From Thermodesulfobacterium commune DSM 2178 (GTDB lineage: Bacteria; Desulfobacterota; Thermodesulfobacteria; Thermodesulfobacteriales; Thermodesulfobacteriaceae), in the NCBI RefSeq assembly GCF_000734015.1, contig NZ_CP008796.1, positions 870,001 to 902,000 of the forward strand: a stretch of 32,000 nucleotides of DNA, given 5' to 3'. The notes under the pieces were generated by a model, which was given only the letters and a program-made list of their open reading frames with translations, was not told the origin of the DNA and did no database searches. Positions 17,731-27,440 of this stretch are shown here, piece after piece. Numbering within the stretch: position 1 is the first letter of the stretch; the number at the start of each line of letters is the position of its first letter. Position numbers and translations under genes: made by a program.

Positions 17731-17992
17731 TTTTTATAGTTTAAACAGCACTGGACAACCATAAAGAAAATTTGCTTGGTTAAGATTAAACTGCACTTTG
17801 GTGCCTGCGGTAAAGAGTGGTAAAGTTCTGGTAGACAAAAAAAGCCCAAGTTCAAGTTTTGGAACTTTAAAGTCTTGTTTAGAGATAAGAGTCGATGTGG
17901 AGCTTGATGTTGAACTTCATTTTAAAACAATTTGAACCCATACCAAGTTGAGTAAATTCCCCACAAATTGGCAACTAAAATATTTATAATAA

Positions 17993-18021
17993 ATTTTAAG
18001 TTAACTCAAAAACTTCGTCAA
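17993..18021 (-). promoter_or_regulatory. candidate sigma70-type promoter in the 540-bp ORF-free region
   Basis: Minus strand: TTGACG (18021..18016), 17-nt spacer, TAAAAT (17998..17993). This is the best hexamer match I found in this gap. Confidence 0.4.
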
Positions 18022-18270
18022 GATATAAATTACCCTTGTAAGTTCACATTGTCCTAAATTTTCCGATAGAGAGTAAAATAAAAATTTTTCTATAATTTTT
18101 ATCCAAATACCATTTCCAAATATCATTTTCAAATCTACCCATTTTCTACCTACAACCTATTCTTTGCAACAATTTTACCTGGTTTTAAAAATATTACTCC
18201 ATATCCTCTTTTAAACTCTCAAACACAGCCTCGTCCGATAAGGCGCGTGAAGATGGTTTGAATATATTGA

Positions 18271-19557
18271 TTACAAAAACTTTACCGTGTTTCTGCCTAA
18301 AGACTTGGCATTATAAAGTGCCTGGTCTGCTATATCAATAAGTTCTTCTAAAGATTTGTCTGGATGTAAACCCAAAGAGGTAACTCCAAAGCTTGCGGTA
18401 ATCTTAATTCCGTCTACATTAGCTTCTTCAAGTTCTTTTCTCATCTCTTCTGCCTTCCTAATCACCTGTTGGTAGTCCATATGAGGGCACACTATCAAAA
18501 ACTCTTCGCCTCCATACCTTATTCCATAATCTGTCTTTCTTATGTTGTTTAAAATGATCTGAGCAAAGGTTTTGATAACCTTATCTCCGGTCAGATGTCC
18601 AAACTTGTCGTTTATCTCTTTAAATTTATCTAAATCAGCCATTATAAACCCTATATCGTAGTTATGTCTTTTGGCCCTTTCAAATTCTTTTAGCAAAAAA
18701 TCTTCAATCACGTTGCGGTTGTAAAGACCGGTCAACGGATCTTTTATGTAGAGACTTTCTAATTCTCTTATCTTTTCTTTCAAACGATCTAAAACTTTCT
18801 TTTTAGTGAGATAATTAAAAACCTTGATTAAAATTTCTTCTTTTAAAGGGGGCTTAGGGATGTAATCATCTGCACCTGCTTTAAAAAGCTCTATCCTTCT
18901 TGCAGGTGTATCATATCCGGTAAGCACTATGATAGGAACATCTCCTTTTTCCGGGTTTTCTCTTATACTTCTAACTAAATCTAACCCTGAATCTCCTACA
19001 CCTAAAATGTAGTCGGTTATCACAAGGTCTATATCGTTTTGTTCAAAAAACTTTAAAGCTTCTTCTACGGTTTGAAAAGAGAAAACTTTTAATTTAGTCT
19101 GTTCTAAAAGATGGGTTAAAAATTCTATGTATAAATTGGTATCTTCTACATAAAGAATGTTACCTTCTAAATGTTGCAGCTCTATGATTCTGACAAAATC
19201 TTTTAAAACCTTAGGAAGTTTTTTAGGTATATCCTTTTTCAGGATAACCTCTAATACACCTTTTTTTAAAGCCCTCTCTATCAACTCTGGGTCCTCTTCT
19301 GAAGTTAACAATAAAACCGGAACTTTTTGGATTTTTTGCTCTTTTTCAAGTGCTTCTAACAGATCAAAAACATCTCCATCCTCTAAAATATATGAGGAAA
19401 TTATCAAATCAGGAATTTGACCAGCTTTTATCAAACTCAAAGCTTCTTTGACTGTAGCTACTAAAGAAATATCGTGAAAGTAATTTTTTAGTATATCTTC
19501 CACCAATTTTCTTAAAAATGTTACAGGAAGTATTACCAAAATCTTTCTCATCATCAT
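18271..19557 (-). CDS. response regulator diguanylate cyclase: pseudo-receiver + REC + GGDEF with I-site
   Basis: Start taken at the ATGATGATG run (19557), 7 nt after AAGGAG. REC1 lacks the acidic pair and the phospho-Asp (VILPV, PDLIISS). REC2 is canonical (VED, DLVITD, VLTG, IPKP). The GGDEF domain carries RYGGEEF with RKTD five residues upstream. Confidence 0.9.
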   Translation of the reverse strand: MMMRKILVILPVTFLRKLVEDILKNYFHDISLVATVKEALSLIKAGQIPDLIISSYILEDGDVFDLLEALEKEQKIQKVPVLLLTSEEDPELIERALKKGVLEVILKKDIPKKLPKVLKDFVRIIELQHLEGNILYVEDTNLYIEFLTHLLEQTKLKVFSFQTVEEALKFFEQNDIDLVITDYILGVGDSGLDLVRSIRENPEKGDVPIIVLTGYDTPARRIELFKAGADDYIPKPPLKEEILIKVFNYLTKKKVLDRLKEKIRELESLYIKDPLTGLYNRNVIEDFLLKEFERAKRHNYDIGFIMADLDKFKEINDKFGHLTGDKVIKTFAQIILNNIRKTDYGIRYGGEEFLIVCPHMDYQQVIRKAEEMRKELEEANVDGIKITASFGVTSLGLHPDKSLEELIDIADQALYNAKSLGRNTVKFL

Positions 19558-19669
19558 GCTTTTGCTCCTTTTATTTTTGACAACATAAAAAACTAAGTTT
19601 ATAAGTTTTATTCTAAAAAAAATTTTATAATAAAATTTATAAACGAGTGATAAATTTTTACCAATTTTA

Positions 19670-19698
19670 TTGACCGTTTCAAAATTTTTGGTTAATAA
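19670..19698 (+). promoter_or_regulatory. candidate promoter for the rubredoxin-like gene
   Basis: TTGACC (19670..19675), 17-nt spacer, TAATAA (19693..19698), about 38 nt upstream of the ATG at 19736. Confidence 0.4.
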
Positions 19699-19735
19699 TT
19701 TATTATTAGAAACATTTACAAAATGAGGTGAGGCC

Positions 19736-19939
19736 ATGATCACCAAAGATTTAAAAAACGCTTGGGTTTGTACTTTGAACAACTGTGGTTATATCTATCT
19801 TCCCTCAAAAGGGGATAAACACCAACACATCCCTCCAAACACCCCTTTTGAGGCCCTTCCTGAAACCTGGACTTGTCCTAACTGTGGAAACCCTAAAAAA
19901 AATTTTAAGAGACTTAAGGACCTTGTAGAAGAAAAATAA
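19736..19939 (+). CDS. rubredoxin-like protein with Cx4C...CxxC cysteine spacing (type-2 / Rdl-like)
   Basis: 67 aa. [12 protein letters not shown]...[21 protein letters not shown] aligns with the rubredoxin consensus except for four residues between the first Cys pair. SD GAGGTGAGG upstream. Confidence 0.85.
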   Translation: MITKDLKNAWVCTLNNCGYIYLPSKGDKHQHIPPNTPFEALPETWTCPNCGNPKKNFKRLKDLVEEK

Positions 19940-19960
19940 ATAAAGGAAAATAATAAAAAA

Positions 19961-19985
19961 AGCCCCTGGGGATTTCCCAGGGGCT
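19961..19985. terminator. rho-independent terminator hairpin between the convergent rubredoxin-like and groEL genes
   Basis: Perfect 10-bp GC-rich stem AGCCCCTGGG / CCCAGGGGCT with loop GATTT. An A7 run on the plus side gives T7 after the hairpin for minus-strand groEL. Confidence 0.8.
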
Positions 19986-20002
19986 AAAGACTCAATCAGA
20001 AC

Positions 20003-21646
<1,644 letters not shown>

Positions 21647-21677
21647 TTATTTATATTTACTTTAGAACTTAGCCTTA

Positions 21678-21968
21678 TTAGTCTTCAATGATAGCTAAGA
21701 CATCATCTTCTCTCATGATAAGATACTCTTCACCTTTGATCTTAATTTCAGTTCCAGCATATTTACTGAAAAGGATTTTATCTCCTTCTTTGACGGTTAA
21801 AGGCTGTTTTTGACCGTTTTCTAAAACCCTACCATCGCCTACAGCAATCACTTTACCCATGATAGGTTTTTCCTTCGCTGTATCTGGGATGATGATTCCA
21901 GATTCAGTCCTCTGTTCTTCTTCGATGCGTTGAACTAAAATGCGATCATGTAAAGGTCTGATCTTCAT
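21678..21968 (-). CDS. groES: co-chaperonin GroES (Cpn10)
   Basis: 96 aa: [12 protein letters not shown]...[34 protein letters not shown] upstream. Confidence 0.97.
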   Translation of the reverse strand: MKIRPLHDRILVQRIEEEQRTESGIIIPDTAKEKPIMGKVIAVGDGRVLENGQKQPLTVKEGDKILFSKYAGTEIKIKGEEYLIMREDDVLAIIED

Positions 21969-22069
21969 ACTGCCACCTCCTCCTTAAAGATTTTTTGATT
22001 TTTAAACCCTAAGAATTAAATTACGAAAAAAAAATAATCATTCGATTTTAAAAGACAAGGTAGTCAAGA

Positions 22070-23617
22070 TTAAATTTTTAAAAATTCAACAAGACTTTTC
22101 ATAAGGGTTTCTACAGGATAGGTTGTGTCTAAAACCAACAAAGGAGAACATTCCTTTGGGGGTTCAAACTTATCTTTTTGAGCAAGATAAATATCCCACA
22201 AAGCATCAGAACAGGTATTTTCTTTTCTCTTAAATAACCTTTCCCTAACTACATTATCTTCAGCGGTACACCACACCCAAAAAACCTCCGCCTTAACCTC
22301 TTTTATCCCCTCAAGCAACCAGCTTCTGTATTTTTTATCTCTAAACGTAGCATCAATTATTACATCTCTCCCATAACTAAGCTCTTCCTTAGCCATCTCT
22401 ATCATTTTCTTGTAAGTTTTTTCAGTAATCTCTGGGGTATAAATACCCTTTTCAAACTCTGCATAATAATGCTTAGATTCTGGCAAAGACAAAAGACGTT
22501 TTCTGGTTATGTCTGAAGAAAGGTAAACCGCAGGGAGCTTAGACATAAGGTTTTGCGAAAGAAAGCTTTTACCAGTACCTGAAAGCCCCATAAATACTAT
22601 TAGCTTGGGAATACCCTCTGCATATTGATAAGCAAGGTCAAAATATCTTCTAGCTTGTTCCAAAAATTCGTATTTTTCAGGCCTTATTTGTTGGGTAGAG
22701 GCATAGGTAAAACATCCTATCTTACCCCTCACATAAGCCCGATAACATTTATAAAAATTCAAAAGTTTGTTGATCCCCTGGTCTTGGCTCTTAGAAACAT
22801 ACTGAGTTATAAAATACTCAGATAGACTTCTTTCTCTATAAAAATCTAAGTCCATAGCCAAAAAAGCTATGTCTGAACACACATCACCACACCTAAACCG
22901 TTCGTTAAACTCTATACAATCAAAGATATAAACCTTGTTTACATTCTCAAAACAGATGTTAGCTGAATATAAATCTCCATGTCCGTCTCTGATAAATCCC
23001 TTATCTATCCTTTCTTGAAACAAGACTTGATTTTCTTCTAAGAACTTGCGTGTAAATTGTATTATATGTTCGTATTTATATTTGGCTAAAGCTAATCCGA
23101 CAAATTCTTTGGTTTGAGCAAAATTTTCTTCAGTATTAAACCTGATAACCTCTATCCTTCCATAAGAGTTTACCCTTTCCCCAGTTTCTGCTTTTTGATA
23201 GAAAGGCACCAACACTGAAACTATAGAGTCTATATGAGCTTCAGTTACTTTCTTTTCTTTTAAAAGATTAACCATCATCCCTTCTTCAGGAAGTTTCTTC
23301 ATCTTTACGGCATATTCTACTATCTCCCCTTCAACCTCAAACTTATATCCCTCAGAAGTTTTTACCACAGAAACAACTCCTAAGTAGATTTCGGGAGATA
23401 ATCTTTTGTTTAAGATCACCTCTTGTTCACAAAAATATTTTCTCTTTTCTAAAGTAGTGTAATCTAAAAAACCAAAGTTAACTGGCTTTTTTATTTTGTA
23501 AACGAACAGGTCTGTGATAAAAACATAGGATATATGAGTTTGAACTACCCTTAAAGTTTGAGTAGGATGTGGGAAAGAGTAAACATTTATTAACTGTTCC
23601 CAGGCCTTTGGTTCCAT
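22070..23617 (-). CDS. two-kinase fusion: aminoglycoside-phosphotransferase-like (protein-kinase-fold) domain + P-loop (AAA_33-like) kinase domain
   Basis: 515 aa. N-terminal half has the HGDLYSANI catalytic loop and a DCIEF metal-binding region. C-terminal half has P-loop GLSGTGKS. Confidence 0.75.
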   Translation of the reverse strand: MEPKAWEQLINVYSFPHPTQTLRVVQTHISYVFITDLFVYKIKKPVNFGFLDYTTLEKRKYFCEQEVILNKRLSPEIYLGVVSVVKTSEGYKFEVEGEIVEYAVKMKKLPEEGMMVNLLKEKKVTEAHIDSIVSVLVPFYQKAETGERVNSYGRIEVIRFNTEENFAQTKEFVGLALAKYKYEHIIQFTRKFLEENQVLFQERIDKGFIRDGHGDLYSANICFENVNKVYIFDCIEFNERFRCGDVCSDIAFLAMDLDFYRERSLSEYFITQYVSKSQDQGINKLLNFYKCYRAYVRGKIGCFTYASTQQIRPEKYEFLEQARRYFDLAYQYAEGIPKLIVFMGLSGTGKSFLSQNLMSKLPAVYLSSDITRKRLLSLPESKHYYAEFEKGIYTPEITEKTYKKMIEMAKEELSYGRDVIIDATFRDKKYRSWLLEGIKEVKAEVFWVWCTAEDNVVRERLFKRKENTCSDALWDIYLAQKDKFEPPKECSPLLVLDTTYPVETLMKSLVEFLKI

Positions 23618-23700
23618 TAAAAGGTATTTTAACGGCTACCCCAAATTTGGCAAGCTTTTTGAGGTCAAATTTTTATCCTACTTTTATGTTTTTTCTTTTA

Positions 23701-23723
23701 TTATCTTGAAATAATCAAGATAA
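23701..23723. promoter_or_regulatory. perfect 9-bp inverted repeat overlapping a CTTGAAA box upstream of lon
   Basis: TTATCTTGA-AATAA-TCAAGATAA, 48 nt upstream of the lon ATG. CTTGAAA (23705..23711) and the downstream ...CATTTA loosely resemble sigma32-type -35/-10 elements. Confidence 0.35.
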
Positions 23724-23770
23724 GGTTTTACATTTAAACAATATTAAGAAACTTTTTGAAAGGGAGTAGT

Positions 23771-26137
23771 ATGAAAGAAGGATTAGAAGTTAATTTTACA
23801 GAGGTTTCGGAAGGGGAGATCATAGACGTTCCTGAAGTTTTACCCTTAATGGCTATAAGAGACATCGTCCTTTTCCCTTCGATGGTAATCCCCCTTTTTG
23901 TAGGAAGGCCAAAATCTTTAAAAGCAATAGAGGAGGCATTAAATAAAGATAAACTAATCGTTCTTTCTACACAGAAAAACTCTCGTATAGAAAATCCCAA
24001 ACCCGAAGATATTTATAAAATCGGAACGATCGGACTTATCCTTAAAACCCTCAATCTCTCTGAAAACCGTCTAAAAGTAGTAGTCCAGGTGCTTTCAAGA
24101 TGTGAAATTCAAGAATTTTTAGAAACGGAGCCTTGTTTTAGGGTTAAAATAGAACCTTGTAAAGAAAAGGAACCAGAAATCATAACCCCTGAAATAGAAG
24201 CTTTAATACGCACAGTTAAAGAAAATACAGAAAAGTTATTGGCATTAAAAGGTATTTTAAATCCAGAGATTTCCACAGTTGTTCATTCTATAGAAGAACC
24301 AGGAAGACTCGCAGACCTTATCACAGTCTACCTTAAATTAAAGGTCAAAACCGCCCAGGAACTTTTAGAAACTTTAGATGGAGTAGAAAGGCTTAAAAAA
24401 ATTTCTGAGATCCTCCTACAAGAAATAGAGATCACCACCCTTCAAAACAAAATCCAAGCCCAAGCCCAAGAAGAAATTGGGAGGTCTCAGAGGGAATATT
24501 TTTTAAGAGAACAACTAAGGGCTATAAAGAGGGAGTTGGGAGAATTTGAGGATGTTGAAGACGAGATTGAGGAGTTAAAGAAAAAGATTAAAAAAGCCAA
24601 AATGCCTAAGGAGGTAGAAAAGGAGGCGTTAAAACAACTTAAGAGATTAGAATACATGCATCCTGACTCTTCTGAGGCAGCGGTAATAAGAAATTACCTC
24701 GAATGGTTGATAGATCTTCCTTGGAATAAGTCTACCCGAGACAATTTAGACCTAAAACATGTTAAAAAAGTTTTGGACAAAGACCACTATAACTTAGATA
24801 AGGTAAAAGACAGAATAATTGAGTTCTTAGCGGTTAAAAAAATTAATCCTAAGGCTAAAGGTGCCATCCTTTGTTTTGTAGGACCTCCTGGGGTTGGAAA
24901 AACAAGTCTTGGAAGATCCATTGCTGAAGCCTTAGGTAGAAGATTTGTCAGGGTAGCCTTAGGTGGTGTAAGAGATGAAGCTGAAATAAGGGGGCATAGA
25001 AGAACCTATGTAGGAGCTTTGCCAGGAAGGATCATTCAAGGAATAAAACAAGCTGGGGTAAACAACCCGGTGTTTTTACTTGATGAAATAGATAAACTGT
25101 GTAGCGATTTTCACGGTGACCCTGCAGCAGCTCTTTTAGAAGTTCTTGACCCAGAACAAAATAAAGACTTTGTAGACCATTATTTAGACGTGCCCTTTAA
25201 CTTATCTAAGGTTCTTTTTATAGCTACAGCTAACATGACAGAACCTATACCCCGGGTACTTTTAGACAGAATGGAAGTAATCTATCTTTCAGGATATACC
25301 TATCAAGAAAAATTAGAAATCGCCAAAAGACACATCCTGCCTAAACTCTTAAAAGAACACGGACTAAAAAAAAACATCCTTAAAATCTCTGACGAGGTTA
25401 TTCTAAAAGTTATCGAAGAATATACTTACGAATCAGGGGTACGTGAGTTAGAAAGAAAGCTTGCAGCTATCTGTAGAAAGATAGCGAGAAAACTTGCTGA
25501 AGGAGAAAAAGGCCCTTTTAGCGTTACCGAAGAGAATTTAGTAGAATTTTTAGGGCCTCCTGAATACATAGAAGAACTTAAACAAGAAGAAGATGAAATA
25601 GGAGTAGCAACTGGACTTGCCTGGACCCCCAATGGTGGAGAGGTGCTCTACGTAGAGGCGGTAGTTATGCCAGGGAAAGGTAATCTAATTTTAACAGGGC
25701 ATTTAGGAGAGGTGATGAAAGAAAGCGCCCAGGCAGCTTTATCCTATATTCGTGCCAAGTATAAAGAGTTGGGGATTGACCCTAAGTTTTATACAAAGTA
25801 TGACATCCATGTGCATGTACCCTCTGGGGCCATACCTAAGGATGGACCAAGTGCTGGGATTACTATAGCGGTAGCGATGATATCTGCCTTAACCCAAAAG
25901 CCCATTTCCAAAGACTATGCGATGACTGGAGAAGTCACCCTTAGGGGTAAAATTCTTCCTGTAGGTGGGATAAAAGAAAAAAGTCTTGCTGCCTTAAGAA
26001 AGGGGATTAAAAACGTCCTTATTCCTGCAAAAAACTCAAAGGACCTGGAAGATATCCCAAAGGAACTTAGAGAAAAAATAAACTTTATCTTGGTTTCTCA
26101 TCTCGATGAAGTTATAAAATTAGTTATCAAAAATTAA
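23771..26137 (+). CDS. lon: ATP-dependent Lon protease (LonA)
   Basis: N-terminal LON domain, Walker [10 protein letters not shown], Walker B LLDEIDK, protease site [10 protein letters not shown] prefer the ATG at 23771, 4 nt after AAGGGAG, over the track's TTG at 23756. Confidence 0.96.
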   Translation: MKEGLEVNFTEVSEGEIIDVPEVLPLMAIRDIVLFPSMVIPLFVGRPKSLKAIEEALNKDKLIVLSTQKNSRIENPKPEDIYKIGTIGLILKTLNLSENRLKVVVQVLSRCEIQEFLETEPCFRVKIEPCKEKEPEIITPEIEALIRTVKENTEKLLALKGILNPEISTVVHSIEEPGRLADLITVYLKLKVKTAQELLETLDGVERLKKISEILLQEIEITTLQNKIQAQAQEEIGRSQREYFLREQLRAIKRELGEFEDVEDEIEELKKKIKKAKMPKEVEKEALKQLKRLEYMHPDSSEAAVIRNYLEWLIDLPWNKSTRDNLDLKHVKKVLDKDHYNLDKVKDRIIEFLAVKKINPKAKGAILCFVGPPGVGKTSLGRSIAEALGRRFVRVALGGVRDEAEIRGHRRTYVGALPGRIIQGIKQAGVNNPVFLLDEIDKLCSDFHGDPAAALLEVLDPEQNKDFVDHYLDVPFNLSKVLFIATANMTEPIPRVLLDRMEVIYLSGYTYQEKLEIAKRHILPKLLKEHGLKKNILKISDEVILKVIEEYTYESGVRELERKLAAICRKIARKLAEGEKGPFSVTEENLVEFLGPPEYIEELKQEEDEIGVATGLAWTPNGGEVLYVEAVVMPGKGNLILTGHLGEVMKESAQAALSYIRAKYKELGIDPKFYTKYDIHVHVPSGAIPKDGPSAGITIAVAMISALTQKPISKDYAMTGEVTLRGKILPVGGIKEKSLAALRKGIKNVLIPAKNSKDLEDIPKELREKINFILVSHLDEVIKLVIKN

Positions 26138-26212
26138 TCCCAAGCCCTTTATTTTTTTTATTTTTCTGTAATATTTATCTCTAATTATAGTTACAAAGGT
26201 ATATATTATAAA

Positions 26213-26794
26213 ATGAATGAAAATTTCAACAATAAAAAAGGAAGAAAACCTAAAGAAACTCCAGAAAGTCGCAAACGTGAGCTTTTAGAAGCAGTCGATG
26301 AAAACTGCAACCCCATCACCATCCTAAAAAGAGAGGAAATCCATCAAAAAGGCTATTTTCATAAAACAGTGCATATTTTTTTGTTTAACAAAGAAGGAGA
26401 AATCTATCTTCAAAAAAAATCTAAGTTGGTTGAGGAAAACCCTGGTTTGTGGACTTCCTCTGCTTCGGGACATGTGTTGGTAGGAGAAAGCTTTTTAACC
26501 ACTGCTCAAAGGGAATTAAAAGAAGAACTGTCTATAAGAACAAAATTAGAAGAGGTACTTCGTATCACTCCAAAAGATTTTAACAACACTATAGACTGTT
26601 TAGTCCTTTTTACAGGAACTACTAGTAAAATACCTAAGCCTAATCCTTTAGAAATAGAAACTGGAGGGTTTTTTCCTTTAGAAAAAGTGGATAAGTGGAT
26701 ACAGAAAAATCCAGAAGATTTTACTTTTTCTTTTAGGTTGTTATGGCAACTTTATTGGAAGGTTATGACTCAAAAAGCTCTGAAGGGAAGATAA
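26213..26794 (+). CDS. Nudix hydrolase (IDI-like subfamily, lacking the isomerase catalytic Cys)
   Basis: Nudix box GHVLVGESFLTTAQRELKEELSI. WTSSASGH sits where type-1 IPP isomerases have a Cys. Lys/Arg-rich N-terminal extension of about 25 aa. Confidence 0.8.
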   Translation: MNENFNNKKGRKPKETPESRKRELLEAVDENCNPITILKREEIHQKGYFHKTVHIFLFNKEGEIYLQKKSKLVEENPGLWTSSASGHVLVGESFLTTAQRELKEELSIRTKLEEVLRITPKDFNNTIDCLVLFTGTTSKIPKPNPLEIETGGFFPLEKVDKWIQKNPEDFTFSFRLLWQLYWKVMTQKALKGR

Positions 26795-27440
26795 GACCTT
26801 CTTTTTCGATGATAGTTTTTAACAGGTCTAAATCTCTATTTCGTATATATTGAGGTATAGGAGCCATTGCAAGCCGATGCAGTTTAATCTCTTTTTCTGT
26901 GGGAGAAAGATTTAACTCAAGGATTTGTTTTCTTAAGTTCTCCATAAGTTTTAGGTATATTTCATATTCTGGGCCAAACTGCATTTCTAAACTTTCTCTT
27001 ATCCTTCTTGCTACCGCAGGGCTTGCCCCAGAAGTAGAGATGGCTATGGTTAAACTTCCTCTTTTTACCACAGAAGGCACGATAAAACTGCAAAATTCAG
27101 GAACATCTACCATGTTACAAAATACCCTTTTTGCGTTAGCTTCGTCATATATAGACCTTTGGGTAGAAGGGTCATTGGTTGCAGCAACCACCAACCAGGC
27201 TCCTTCAAGGTCTCCTGGCTGATAAATCCTTTTTTCCCAGAGTATCTGACCTTCTTCAGCTAACTTTTGTAAAACTGGAGTAGCTTCAGGAGAAATCAAC
27301 TTAACAAAAGCTTTAGCCTGAAGCAAAGACAAAACCTTCCTTTCACCAACTTTTCCTCCTCCTATAACCACACAAAGCTTCCCTTCTAAGTTTAAAAAAA
27401 CCGGAAAATAGACGTTAGTCAACTTCTCCCCATCCTTCAA
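26763..27440 (-). CDS. siroheme-synthase N-terminal-domain protein (precorrin-2 dehydrogenase / sirohydrochlorin ferrochelatase, CysG-N/Met8/SirC family)
   Basis: 225 aa. FPVFLNLEGKLCVVIGGGKVGERK NAD-binding N-terminus, and SPAVARRIR. TTG start at 27440, 7 nt after GGAGG. Confidence 0.85.
   Translation of the reverse strand: MKDGEKLTNVYFPVFLNLEGKLCVVIGGGKVGERKVLSLLQAKAFVKLISPEATPVLQKLAEEGQILWEKRIYQPGDLEGAWLVVAATNDPSTQRSIYDEANAKRVFCNMVDVPEFCSFIVPSVVKRGSLTIAISTSGASPAVARRIRESLEMQFGPEYEIYLKLMENLRKQILELNLSPTEKEIKLHRLAMAPIPQYIRNRDLDLLKTIIEKEGLIFPSELFES

Noticed and set aside
17925-17945. A T-loop-like GGGTTCAAAT on the minus strand as a tRNA fragment.
   Set aside because: There is no complementary T-stem, acceptor or anticodon arm around it. 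It shares only 8 nt with the real tRNA.
17731-17990. A c-di-GMP riboswitch (GEMM-I/II) in the long leader upstream of the MCP remnant, given the c-di-GMP genes nearby.
   Set aside because: I could not find the conserved GEMM features (GGCAAA..., ACGCAAAGCC-type tetraloop-receptor segments). Only a vague GCAGGCACCAAAGTGCAG stretch is present.
19620-19638. A perfect 19-bp palindrome AAATTTTAT-A-ATAAAATTT in the divergent RR/rubredoxin promoter region.
   Set aside because: It consists only of A and T in a spacer that is over 85% AT. Such palindromes are expected by chance and carry little information.
19558-19782. A 75-aa N-terminal extension of the response-regulator ORF in the track ([10 protein letters not shown]...).
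   Set aside because: It runs through the AT-rich divergent promoter region and overlaps the rubredoxin-like gene. A strong AAGGAG SD precedes the ATGATGATG at 19557, where the REC domain begins.
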